This document shows positions 34,123-45,476 of a DNA stretch of 64,000 nucleotides, one piece after another. Position numbers and translations under genes: made by a program. The stretch is from Macrostomum lignano (lineage: Eukaryota). Each line of letters begins with the position of its first letter. The stretch's first letter is position 1. The DNA is taken from the NCBI GenBank assembly GCA_002269645.1, contig NIVC01001150.1, forward strand, positions 1-64,000, given 5' to 3'. Under the pieces are notes generated by a model, which did no database searches, was not told the DNA's origin, and saw only the letters and a list, made by a program, of their open reading frames with translations.

Positions 34123-36623
34123 ATGGAGTGGAACGCCCTGCCCCCGAATGTCGGCTTCGACTTTGATGTTGACGCAAAGAGCGGCTATCTGAATCGCTTC
34201 GTGGTAGCGCCAAGCACCCACACCGGTGAGTGGGCCGGCCTGCTGCGCTATTTCACCAGACCTGTGGATCAGAAGCCCTGGGATCTCAAGCGGACTTACC
34301 TGGATGTGGAAGCTGAGTTTGTCTGCTGCTGTCCCAAGCTGCTGGGAGACAAGCCTGGCGGACTGGTTGTACATCTGCTCAGCAAGAGGTACATGTAGGG
34401 GATTAAAGCTTGCAATTTCAGCAATGCAAACTGGTGTCAATAGAATCGCATTATCACTCCAGCGGCAAGCGCGGATCAGTTATTCTGATGAGCAAAATCC
34501 TGACTGAAGCGGCCGAGAAGGCGAAGAACTATGCAACTATCGCGGTGGACAAGACAAAGGACATTCTGTACTGCGGTTACAACTCTAGGTCCGAACAGCA
34601 GGCCTATGTCGAGGTGTTCACCGATGTCAGCTCGCTGGCCTTCAACTTCCGCAGCCGCCACCCGATCCCGGGGATGCGACAGGCCTGCCAGTTCTGCCTG
34701 CAGGTCAGTCGGGCTGGAAAGCCACTCTGCCTGGTACCCAGTCAGCGACTGTACAGCGACCATGGATACCAGAGATGATACTCAGTTCATCTTAGGGATG
34801 AAGTTAATACTGATCTCCTGCCCCATTTTGTCTGTACCTGAGTGCAAGCTCCTCATTTCTGTCTGAATCCATCTGATCTGCGTGTGACCTCCTCAATAAT
34901 GTCCGTCAGAGCTTCTCAATCCTGTTCCCCTGATCTCATCAATCCTGTTCTCCTGACCTCCTCAATTATGTCCGTCAGAGCTTCTCAATCCTGTTCCCCT
35001 GACCCCCTCAATCCTGTTCCCCTGACCCCCTCAATCCTGTTCCCCTGACCCCCTCAATCCTGTTCCCCTGATCTCATCAATCCTGTTCTCCTGACCTCCT
35101 CAATTATGTCCGTCAGAGCTTCTCAATCCTGTTCCCCTGACCCCCTCAATCCTGTTCCCCTGACCCCCTCAATCCTGTTCCCCTGACCCCCTCAATCCTG
35201 TTCCCCTGACCCCCTCAATCCTGTTCCCCTGACCTCATCAATCCTGTTCCCCTGACCACCTCAATCCTGTTCCCCTGACCTCATCAATCCTGTTCCCCTG
35301 ACCTCATCAATCCTGTTCCCCTGACCTCATCAATCCTGTCCCCCTGACCTCATCAATCCCGTTCTCCTGACCTCATCAACCCTGTTCCCCTGACCACCTC
35401 AATCCTGTTCCCCTGACCACCTCAATCCTGTCCCCCTGACCACCTCAATCCTGTCCGTCAGAGCTTCTCAACCCTGTTCCCCTCACCTCATCAATCCTGT
35501 TCCCCTGACCTCATCAATCCTGTTCCCCTGACCTCATCAATCCTGTTCCCCTGACCTCATCAATCCCGTTCTCCTGACCTCATCAATCCTGTTCCCCTGA
35601 CCACCTCAATCCTATCTGCATCTGGTGTGTGACCTCCTCAAGCATGTCCACCTGAGCTCCCCAATCATATCCACCTAAGCTCCTCAATCATGTCTGCATC
35701 TGGTCCGTGACCTCAGCTCTGTCCGCCTGAGCCTCCCCAATCCTGTTCTCCTGACCTCCTCAACTCTGTCCGCCTGAGCCTCCCCAATCCTGTTCTCCTG
35801 ACCTCCTCAACCCTGTCCGCCTGAGCCTCCCCAATCCTGTTCTCCTGACCTCCTCAACCCTGTCCGCCTGAGCCTCCCCAATCCTGTTCTCCTGACCTCC
35901 TCAACCCTATCCTGTTCTCCTGACCTCCTCAACCCTATCCGCCTGAGCCTCCCCAATCCTGTTCTCCTGACCTCCTCAACCCTGTCCGTCTGAGCTCCCC
36001 AATCCTGTTCTCCTGACCTCCTCAACCCTATCCGCCTGAGCCTCCCCAATCCTGTTCTGACCTCCTCAACCCTATCCGCCTGAGCCTCCCCAATCCTGAC
36101 GCCTTGATCCCTGAGATTTTGTCTGCATCATTAACAAATTTTCCACCTGCAGTCGAACAACTTGTGCGTCTCTGGCTTCGGACCCGGAAATTCGGGCTGC
36201 TCGGTGGCCCTGATGAAGTGGGACACTCTGGCGCCAGTCAGCAGCTCCCAGTCTCCATTCTCAGATCCCAACAGTCTCTGGTTCGACCTCGAGTGCGACC
36301 TTGTGGCTGTGCAGCACAGCAGCGACGACCAGGCGCTGCAGATCGAGACCAGGAAGCGCGGCGAGCGGATCATGTACACCTTCCCGAAGATGCGGCAGAC
36401 CCGCCTGCAGCTGTGCAACGACCGCTTCGGCCGGCTGTACGTCCACGCCAGGACGCTGAGCGACCCGGCTTCGAATCTGTTCGGGCCGCTGGAGCTGTTC
36501 TTCTCTACTTTTCAGGTGGACACCCGGCGGACTGCCCTGCCAGCGGATGGCGACCGCCGGCGATCGAGACGGCGCAGCTCAGAGGGCGGGTGGCGCAACG
36601 AGAAGCAGCTGCAGGGGCTGTGA
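34123..36623 (+). CDS. Uncharacterised ~325-aa protein, probable NHL/six-bladed beta-propeller; 3 exons
   Basis: Exons 34123-34388, 34463-34703 (alternative acceptor 34493), 36153-36623; phases consistent (978 nt); blade-like motifs IAVDKTKDILYCG, DPNSLWFDLECDLVAV, LCNDRFGRLYVH; aataaa at 36640-36645. Fold assignment is inference. Confidence 0.72.
34890..36100. repeat. Compound C/T-rich minisatellite (23-bp units changing to ~47-bp units)
   Basis: tcaatcctgttcccctgaccccc/ctca, then cctgagcctccccaatcctgttctcctgacctcctcaaccctgtccg. Confidence 0.93.
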
Positions 36624-37578
36624 CCTTCCGTTTTTTCATAATAAATGTATTGCCCACTTTTTAATTTGATGTTATTGAGGCCATAATAAAAGTACTGGTT
36701 GTTTTTTTATGGCTAATTAAGTTCGGCTCATCATAGCAGCTTTCTGGATTGCATAATTAGGCTCTTTTGCTACATTTTTTCTAAGGTTTTATCAAGCCAA
36801 TAAATCATAATATAACTAGCTTTTAATCGATCGAACCTATACAGAAGCTTAAGAATGATAAAATTTATGTAGGAGCCAGACTGTCAATGCCACTGCTAAG
36901 TCAAACCTTTTAGATATTTGCGCCGCCAGTACCTGCAAGTTGAGCAGAGTAGGCCGCATTTAGCATGCCAGGCCCCGGGCTTGCAGTGGGTCATCTATGT
37001 AGATGTATTTAGCCTTCTATATGAATATGTTGTGTAACCATATGTATGCATATTGCTCGTACGTTTAAATATCATAGCTACGCATGACCCGTGAAGAATC
37101 AATAAAACAAAGGATCTCAAGCGAACACAGGCAAATAATGTAGACAGGTGCAACTATTTAAATGACTGTGAACTGCAGCACAGCAAGGCAAAAGATTTAT
37201 CTAGCATGGGCAGTAAAATTTATATGCATTCGATAAAAAAGTGCGGCATGGGACATTGAATACAAGAGGTTCGCGGGAGCGGACGGTTTGCAGTAGGGCG
37301 AATGCTTGAAGTTCCGGTGAAATTCGAGTAAGGCCAAAACTTGTCAGCACCTACAGGGAATCGTTGGGCAGCTGGCCAGCAGCTCAGAAATGATGAGGCT
37401 TTAAGTCTGGCTCAGCCACAAAATCAATAAAAAGACAGAAGATAGGACGGAGCACTGGACAATCAGGCAGATGAATCCCAGCATTCTCAGCAAAATAAAA
37501 CACAGCAGAGTATCAAGCTACATGTGCGATGGCCCCTGTCATTACACGGCTATCTGAGACCGCCATGTCTGCAGTCTG

Positions 37579-40487
37579 TCACTCTGCAGAGGCGCGCAGC
37601 GCAGGAGCTGCCGCCGAGCCCAGCAGCGACTGCGTCCCCGCGATGAGCTGCTCGATGCGCTTGGCCTGGCTCAGGAGGTCCTGCTGCATCGCAGCCGCTG
37701 TGGCCTCGGCTGCCTGCGCGGCCGCCACCTCCTCGCTGCCGGAGGCATCCCGGCTGCGGCTGCGAAGCATCGGTGGCGGCGACGGCGACACCGGCGGCCT
37801 GCGGCGATAGTCGGCGGTGGCAAAGGCGGCCGACGGCTGCTGCGGTTGCGGCGACTCTTCGGAAGTCTGCAGGCGGCCCTGGACGAGGCGACCGTTGGTG
37901 ACGCTCGCTGAGGTCTGCGGCGCCCAGTGGGCCTGGGCGGGTGGCGGCGGCGGCGGCGGCTGTCCGTGAATCGAGGCTGCGACGGGCTGCTGCTGCTGCT
38001 GCAAAAGCGGAGGCGCCACGCCGTCAAGACGGGCCACTCGCTGCTCCAGCAGAGTGAGACGGGCGGCCAGGTCGGACACCTGCTGGGCCAGACCGCTAGC
38101 CAGCTCTGCTACTCGCTGCTCGGCCGCCCAAGGGCCCGTCTGCACCGCTCTGTTGGCCAGGCCGGGCGGCTCTGGGTGTAATGGCAGAATGGCTATGGAC
38201 TCAATGGCAGAATGGCTATGGACTATGGCAAAATGGCTATGGACTCAATGGCAGAATGGCTATGGACTCAATTGCAAAATGGCTATGGACTCAATGGCAA
38301 AATGGCTATGGACTCAATGGCAGAATGGCTATGGACTCAATGGCAGAATGGCTATGGACTCAATGGCAGAATGGCTATGGACTCAATGGCAGAATGGCTA
38401 TGGATTCAATAGCAAAATGGCTATAGATTCAATAGCAGAATGGCTATGGACTCAATAGCAAGGTGATTATGGACTCAAAAGCAAAATGGCTATGGACTCA
38501 AAAGCAAAATGGCTATGGACTCAATAGCAAGGTGATTATGGACTCAATAGCAGAATGGCTATGGATTCAATAGTAAAATGGCTATGGACTCAATAGCAAA
38601 ATGGCTATGGACTCAATAGCAAAATGGCTATGGACTCAATAGCAAGGTGATTATGGACTCAATAGCAAAATGGCTATGGACTCAATAGCAAAATGGCTAT
38701 GGACTCAATAGCAAGGTGATTATGGACTCAATAGCAAAATGGCTATGGACTCAATAGTAAAATGGCTATGGACTCAATAGCAAAATGGCTATGGACTCAA
38801 TAGCAAAATGGCTATGGACTCAATAGCAAAATGGCTATGGACTCAATAGCAAAATGGCTATGGACTCAATAGCCGGTTATGGACATTTCAACATGTCTGA
38901 TGGACGAGCATTTTCCGGATTCCCGCCTATTGACACGGTTAGCACAGATTTGTCGTCTAAAGACCACGCCATTGTGACCAGGCACTTCAACCACCCACTG
39001 TCGCTACAGGTCGGGCACGTTGCATGGATTGTGAGGGCCCGTACTAACCTCGATTCAATGTGAGTTTTATTCCTGTGTTAGTTATCGACCCTTTACTCAT
39101 TTCTATACTCAGCAATGCGCGGCCCACGAAGAATAGCGACAAGGCAAAAAATTCCTGGGCGGGTAAGCCTGGCTGTCAAACACAGAACAAATTATTTTAA
39201 TACTAATTGCTCATCTAACTCATTCAAGAGCAGCTCACCATCCTCGGAGGCCAGCACAGTGGTGACAGGCACGGAGTAGCGGGCGGCTAAAGGGAAGGTG
39301 GCTGATGCCGCAGCATGGGAGGCTGCCGGAGCCCTCGGGCTGGCGCCGCAGCTGCTGGGGTGGCGGGGCTCGCGCACTACCTGAGCCCTGGGCGGCTGGG
39401 AGGCGGCGCCAGGCCCAGCCGCCGTGGCAGACCGTGGCCGGTCGCTCATCGCAGCGGAATTTGAGGGCGCCGTCTCAATGACTTCGACTTCACCGCTTGG
39501 CGCCGTCGCAGCTGCCGTGGCCGGCCGCTTGAGCCGCTGCGGGTCGAAGACGGACCGGTGGACGGCTGGTCGGCGCAGACGGGCCGCCAGCTCGCGGCCA
39601 AGGCGGCAGACATCCGCAACCAGAGCGGCCTTGCGGCTGGGGTAGCTTTGGCTGAGGAACTGGGCGCAGGTGACCGCAGGCCGGTAGCTCAGCTGGTCCC
39701 GCAGCACCAGGTACACGGTCTCCAGGAAGCGACGCTCGTCCTTGCCAGCCAGCTCGTAGCCCAGCTTGTTGAGGTGGCCGGTGAGGGCTGGGCTGAAGTC
39801 GCAGAACAGGTGGCGCAGCACGGACACCAGATCTGAGTGGGCCCCCTTGGCAAGGCTGCAAGTGCGGGGAAAGGATTCCGCCATGAGAGTACGTGGGTAC
39901 AGACAGGACTCAGTCATGAGAATCTGTAGACAGACAGAACTCAGTCATCACAACTTTAGAGACAGACAGGACTCAGTCATGAGAAACTGTAGAGACAGAC
40001 AGGATTCAGTCATGAGAACCTGTAGAGACAGACAGGACTCAGTCATGAGAACCTGTAGAGACAGACAGGATTCAGTCATGAGAACCTGTAGAGACAGACA
40101 GGACTCAGTCATGAGAATCTGTAGAGACAGACAGGACTCAGTCATGAGAATCTGTAGACAGACAGGACTCAGTCATGAGAATCTGTAGAGACAGACAGGA
40201 CTCAGTCATGAGAATCTGTAGACAGACAGGACTCAGTCATGAGAAACTGTAGAGACAGATAGGACTCAGTCATGAGAAAATGTAGGACGGGATTCTAGTG
40301 GCAGAGAGTAAATATTTTTATTTCAATATCATGTGAAGCAGGAAGGCAGGCAAAAATTCTTAAATTCGCACCCATGATAGTCAATGGAGCCTGGAAACTT
40401 GACTCTTCGGACCTCCTGCTGCAGACAGTCGAGGCTGTTCTTCAGGTCTGCATTGGAGACAGTCACGCTGCTGCTTCCGCCTTTCAT
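37579..40487 (-). CDS. CEP44: Centrosomal protein CEP44; 3 exons, 441 aa
   Basis: N-terminus ADLKNSLDCLQQEVRRVKFPGSIDYHGLAKG...ELAGKDERRFLETVYLVLRDQLSYRPAVTCAQFL matches the CEP44 domain as I recall it (GDLKRSLRNL...[26 protein letters not shown]); coiled coil LAARLTLLEQRV. Exons 40487-40372, 39855-39239, 38171-37579 (1326 nt). Confidence 0.92.
38180..38872. repeat. 23-bp minisatellite (~30 copies) in CEP44 intron 2
   Basis: Unit atggctatggactcaat(g/a)gca(g/a)a; ends within ~10 nt of the minus-strand acceptor. Confidence 0.96.
39898..40283. repeat. 33-bp minisatellite (~11 copies) filling CEP44 intron 1
   Basis: Unit gacagacaggactcagtcatgagaacctgtaga. Confidence 0.95.
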
Positions 40488-40619
40488 GCTGATTGCAGCA
40501 AACAGCACCAGGTTGATTGCAGCAGGGAAACTTCGATAAAGCCCTGTTCTAACAATAGTTTTCTTGTATGCTAGAAAATCTACTAAGTGCTAAATTCAAG
40601 AAATACTACGAGTATTTTG

Positions 40620-42480
40620 ATGCTAAAGTTTTTATCTTGTAAATAATAAATAATTGCATATTCTATTCTTTGCATAAGTGATAGTGCTTTGATTGTATTT
40701 TGCATATGACTATGACTTTGTTTTTAATACCCAACTTTTTTATCTATGAAAATTAGTTTATAAGCATCTAGAAATAACATTTAGGGTCTAGTTGTTGCAT
40801 CCTAATTATCTTAAATTATCTTAATGATCTAAAATTATGGCATTTTAACATTTGAATGGAATAAATTTAAGAGTAAAAATTAGGCAAATTTAAAGTATAT
40901 ATACTTTCTTCAAACACTTCATTTGTTGCTGCTTTTCAATTTATTTTTATGGAGAACAAAAAGTAATTATTTTATGATTTTGCTATTTTAACCTATTATT
41001 ACAGATTCCAATGACTTTGACTTACTTTGACTTAGCTGCAGGGGGCTCTATGCGTCCGGAAACAGCGAAGAGGCGTTGCCACCCATTTTGCTAACCCCTG
41101 GCAAATTCCAATGACTTATAAAAGTTCTATTTTTAAATAATAATTATTCTATTTGATAACTTTCATTTAACATAGTTAAATTTGAAATTTGATTTTCACC
41201 TTTATTTTGAAAATTGCTCAAGTAATAGAGATTTATAAAAACCTTTTGTATTTAAATTTTTATATTTTAAAAATGTAATTAGGCCAACTGAGCATATTTT
41301 TTTGCAAAAAACTTTAGTCTTCTTTAAATACTTTTGATATATTTTTATTTAACAAGTTTTTATGTGTAATATGCCATTTTTAGCTTTTTATCTTTTATCT
41401 ATTGATTAAAATAAATCTAATACAACTATAATAGCCTAATTCTTTGTAATAATATCTACAAAACTTAACCTTGGGTCTAAATATATGCTATAGAAAAAAG
41501 TTTTTAGCCATTTTTGCTATAGCTAATGCCTGTAATTAATTTTTTTTCTCTTGCAATAGACATAGTTAAAGATCTAAAAAGTTATTTCTAAACTAGTACT
41601 GTAGCAATAATGTCCCAATATTTATATTAATACAAAAGATTAATTAGGATTTGAAAAAATATTATATTTGCTTTGCAATTTTACAATGAATGAATGCTAG
41701 AACTTACAATTTTAAATATATAACATGCCCTTATTTGATGTCATAGTTTTAATTTTAAAAAGGCAACAATTTTTTATTGTTATCTCAATTAAAGCTAAGA
41801 TTTTATACTTTATAAAGTATATTATTAATGAGAAACAATATAGAATAAATTGAAAAAGTGTAATAAATATATTTAAGTCTTTTATTATTTTTTATCTTTC
41901 TTATTATAGTTTTTACTATATGATTGCATTACAAAGTTATTTATTAAAAAAACTTTTTATTATTCAAGTTTGCTGTTTGCATATATATTAGTAAGATATA
42001 AGACTCTTATTAAAGTCTTTAATATTTCTTAAATGTGTACTACAATTTTTTTTCTAAAAATAAAATTTCTAAATAGCAGATTGATAATAATAATATATAG
42101 GTTAGTAAACTTTTTAATTAAAGACCAAAAAGAGGATGACTCTCTATTTAATGATTGTGTACTAGGTCTAGAAAAAGAAAGAATATTTAGGCATAGGCAT
42201 ATGATAGAACAACATTTATTTATTAAAGCAAAGAGAATATATTGGCAATCTTTGGTTTAAGAAACCATATACTAAGTTTAACTTTGTATAAAAAGGCAAA
42301 AAGCTATTGTTAAATTTAAATTTTAATAACAAAATGGAGTATGAAAATGTTAATATAAACTTGTTTTAATTGCATATATATATTTAACTAATAACCTATC
42401 CTTAGTCCCCCCTAGATTATTCTTTTCTCAATGCTTAGTGATCAGTCTAATGAATTGATATGAGCCCTATTCTCTTCTTA
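40620..42480. other. AT-rich, CpG-free island
   Basis: Manual scan: no CpG in ~1860 bp apart from 4 inside the 87-bp insertion at 41018-41104. Confidence 0.88.
41018..41104 (-). mobile_element. 87-bp 5'-truncated retroposon (SINE or LINE 3' end) with 13-bp TSD
   Basis: Direct repeats ATTCCAATGACTT at 41005-41017 and 41105-41117; minus-strand tail taagtcaaagtaagtca; GC-balanced interior. Confidence 0.78.
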
Positions 42481-43014
42481 TTCTCGTGGACATGAATTAA
42501 TGTGGACATTACCCAAAGGCAATCAGAGTATATTATATATAGTAATAATCATAGTGTATTCTGTGGTAATAATCCTTTTTAATTGCTATAAAAATAAGCA
42601 AAAAAAACAATTTTTTTATTTAAAAAAGATCATCCAAGAGATCCAACCAATCCAGATCGAATTACACAAGCACAACCCAAATTTATATTCCAAAAAGAAA
42701 ATTACTGGATAGCTTAAAAAGCATTGCCATAAGATCCAAAAATTTATAACTAAGATTCTCTTATTTCAAATTTTATATTTATACCGGTAGTTTCTGTAGG
42801 TAGTGCTCCATAGGTATAGTAGTATTGCACAATTTTATTCTTATACACAAAAAGTCATAAGACATAAGTATTTATATTTTTGGTGAGTTCTATGGTTCCA
42901 TTCGTTAAACTCAAATTCGCGCTAAAACGTAAGTAAAATACCAAAAACGAAGCTAGCCAGCGTGAAAGTGTCTATGGTAAAAAAAGTTACAAAAGCTTTG
43001 GTATAAAGCTTTAT

Positions 43015-43238
43015 ATAAATGTATAAAGCTTTACATTTATATAAAGCTGTATAAAGCTGTATAAAGCTGTATAAAGCTGTATAAAGCTGTACAAAGCTGT
43101 ATAAAGCTGTATAAGCTGTATAAAGCTGTATAAAGCTGTATAAAGCTGTATAAAGCTCTATAGGCCCCTAAGCTGTAAAAGCTGTGTAAGCTTTAAAAAG
43201 CTGTATAAATCTGTATAAAGCTGTATAAAGCTGTATAA
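43015..43238. repeat. 10-bp tandem repeat (tataaagctg)n, degenerate
   Basis: Direct reading. Confidence 0.93.
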
Positions 43239-43517
43239 AGAAAAAAATCTGAAAAATATCATAAGTTTGTAAAAGTCATGAAGTTAATATTCGTAAAGTT
43301 TATCACTTTACTAATGGCACCACGAGTTTATACTTATGGGCATGCCAATTTCGCCAACTGCTGTATTGCCAAGCTAGCTACGCCAATCTTACCCGAGAAG
43401 ACTGATACAAACATTTGTATGTCAAATAAGCCAAGGATTACGCCAAGGATAGGCTTTAGCAGCAAGAGTCACAGGTAGTGATTTCTTCCAAGCCTTGACA
43501 TTGTAGCAATTTTCCCA

Positions 43518-44370
43518 AATGAATCTTTTGTGTTCGACATGACGCTTCTAGATCTTTTGTCTGAGATGACGCTCCTTAATTTTATGCTTTACATGACTTT
43601 TCTTTCTGACTTGACACTTCTAATTACATGACGCTTCTAATTCTATCAGAGCCGCCCGTTCATGGGGAGGGAGCCAACAATTAGGCATGTAATAAAATTT
43701 TCAATAGCTACATGCTTCTGACCGCAGCAATCCGTTAGCAATTCCCCCCACGCCTTGCCATCTCAGCTATTCCCTCCGTAAGCCTTGACATCTCAGCAAT
43801 TCCACGCGTAAGCATTGACATCTCAGCCATTCCTCCAAGCCTTGACATCTCAGCAATTCTCCCAGGCTATATGACAATTCTTTTTTGACATGTTTGATAT
43901 GACATGCTACCTTCATTTCTGACATGATGCTTCTTTAATGCGTACATGACACTTCTTTTATTTTTTACATGACACTTTTATTATGTTTACATAACGCTTC
44001 TTTCCTTTCCTACTATGACGCTTTAACATCTTGAATGACGCTTTTTTAATGTTTTATATGACGCTTCTTCTTGGTCTACATGATTTTTTTTATTTTTTAC
44101 ATGACGCTTCTTTTATGCCTTTATACATAACGCTTCTTTCATGTCTGACATGACACATTTGTTAGGTCTACACATGGCGCTTCTTTTATGTCTTGCATGA
44201 CGCATATTTATTTTTTAAAGGATGTTTCCTTTATGATTTACATAACGCTTCTTTTATTTCTTACATGACGCTGTTATGTTTTTGCATACGCGCTTCTTTC
44301 ATGTCTGACATAACACTTCTTTTAGGTCTAAATGACGCTTCTTCTATGTCAACATGACGCTTCTATTTTT
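43518..44370. repeat. Ancient degenerate ~22-23-bp tandem repeat with core (t/g)acatgacgcttct, interrupted by ~30-bp aagccttgacatctcagcaattcc repeats
   Basis: Core recurs more than 20 times at ~22-26-nt spacing; second family at ~43750-43860. Confidence 0.8.
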
Positions 44371-44934
44371 TTATAACGCTTCTTCTATTTTTTAGCCTTT
44401 TAGCCTATTTTTTCTACCGGTAGTATAGTGCATGCACTTTGCATGCTTTATATTGCATGTAAGCTGAGCTGGATTAAAACAATTCGGAGCGAAACTGGCG
44501 AGGCTATATGGGGAGGCAATCAATCAAATTTACTTTGTTAAGAAGGTCATCTTAATGAACAACCGTCTCCCAGCTCCAATCGATGCCTACTAGCTCTGTG
44601 CGCCTACGTAGTCGCAAGATCTTTGAAAATTCAAGTTTCTATGTCAGTGATGTACGAGATTTCTTAAAACTCTTAATATCGCCATGTTATCCTTTTCTCC
44701 TACTTCCAGTAGTTCTTGCGAGTTTTAATTCTCTCTGTTTGCTCCTCCTTGAAAAGGAGAGCAGCTCAAATTGACTTGTGACCGATTGTTAGAGCAGGAA
44801 AACTCCGGCCCGTGGGCTACGAGCTATATGCGGCCCGCGAAGCCTCTCTATCCGGTCCTCGGGGTCCTTATAATTTGAAAACTCACCATGGCAATCCGGC
44901 TTGCTCAAGGTTTGTGTCTCTTCTCAGCACTATT

Positions 44935-45010
44935 CTCTCTCCTCGTTTCTCGTTTCTCCTATCTCTCATCTCTCCTCTCTTCTCTATTCTCTCTCCTCTC
45001 CCCTCCTCTG
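44935..45010. repeat. CT-rich low-complexity tract
   Basis: Direct reading. Confidence 0.7.
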
Positions 45011-45476
45011 GCTCGCAGTCATGCGCTAGGTTCTCAATCTGAGGTAAAAAAATTGCCGACCTCCGGTTTAGAGTCTGCAGCTACTCACCAGCTAAAAGCT
45101 GAGTGGAGCTGCAGCATTTTTGAAGCCGTATCCGCATTAGCAAATTATTATTGCCCCCCCCCCGTGCTCATCTGCAGTGGTGAGCTGCGTTTATGAAACT
45201 TAATGATGGGGTAAGGAATTGACAGCACCACCGTATTGAAACAGTGCTGGGGTAATGCCATTGCTGACAGATAAAATTGATGAGTCAAAGTCACCTAATG
45301 GGAGTTATGCAAATGGCCTGAGGGACTCAGGCTCATCCTGCTAGTATATTATCAATTCCTCTGCATTTTTCCACCGTCAACAGGAGAGCTAAAGCAGCAG
45401 CAGAAGTAGCCAGCCAGCTCTAAGCAGCGGCCTGAGTAGTGAGCAACACAGCAACTACGGAAGCGACAGCAGCAGC

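Noticed and set aside
40620-42480. Mitochondrial insertion (NUMT) as the source of the AT islands
   Set aside because: No recognisable cox/nad/cob, rRNA or tRNA motifs in the limited frames I read; not formally excluded without a search.
43518-44370. CRISPR-like repeat-spacer pattern
   Set aside because: The variable parts are diverged copies of one T-rich consensus, i.e. a decayed tandem repeat, not acquired spacers.
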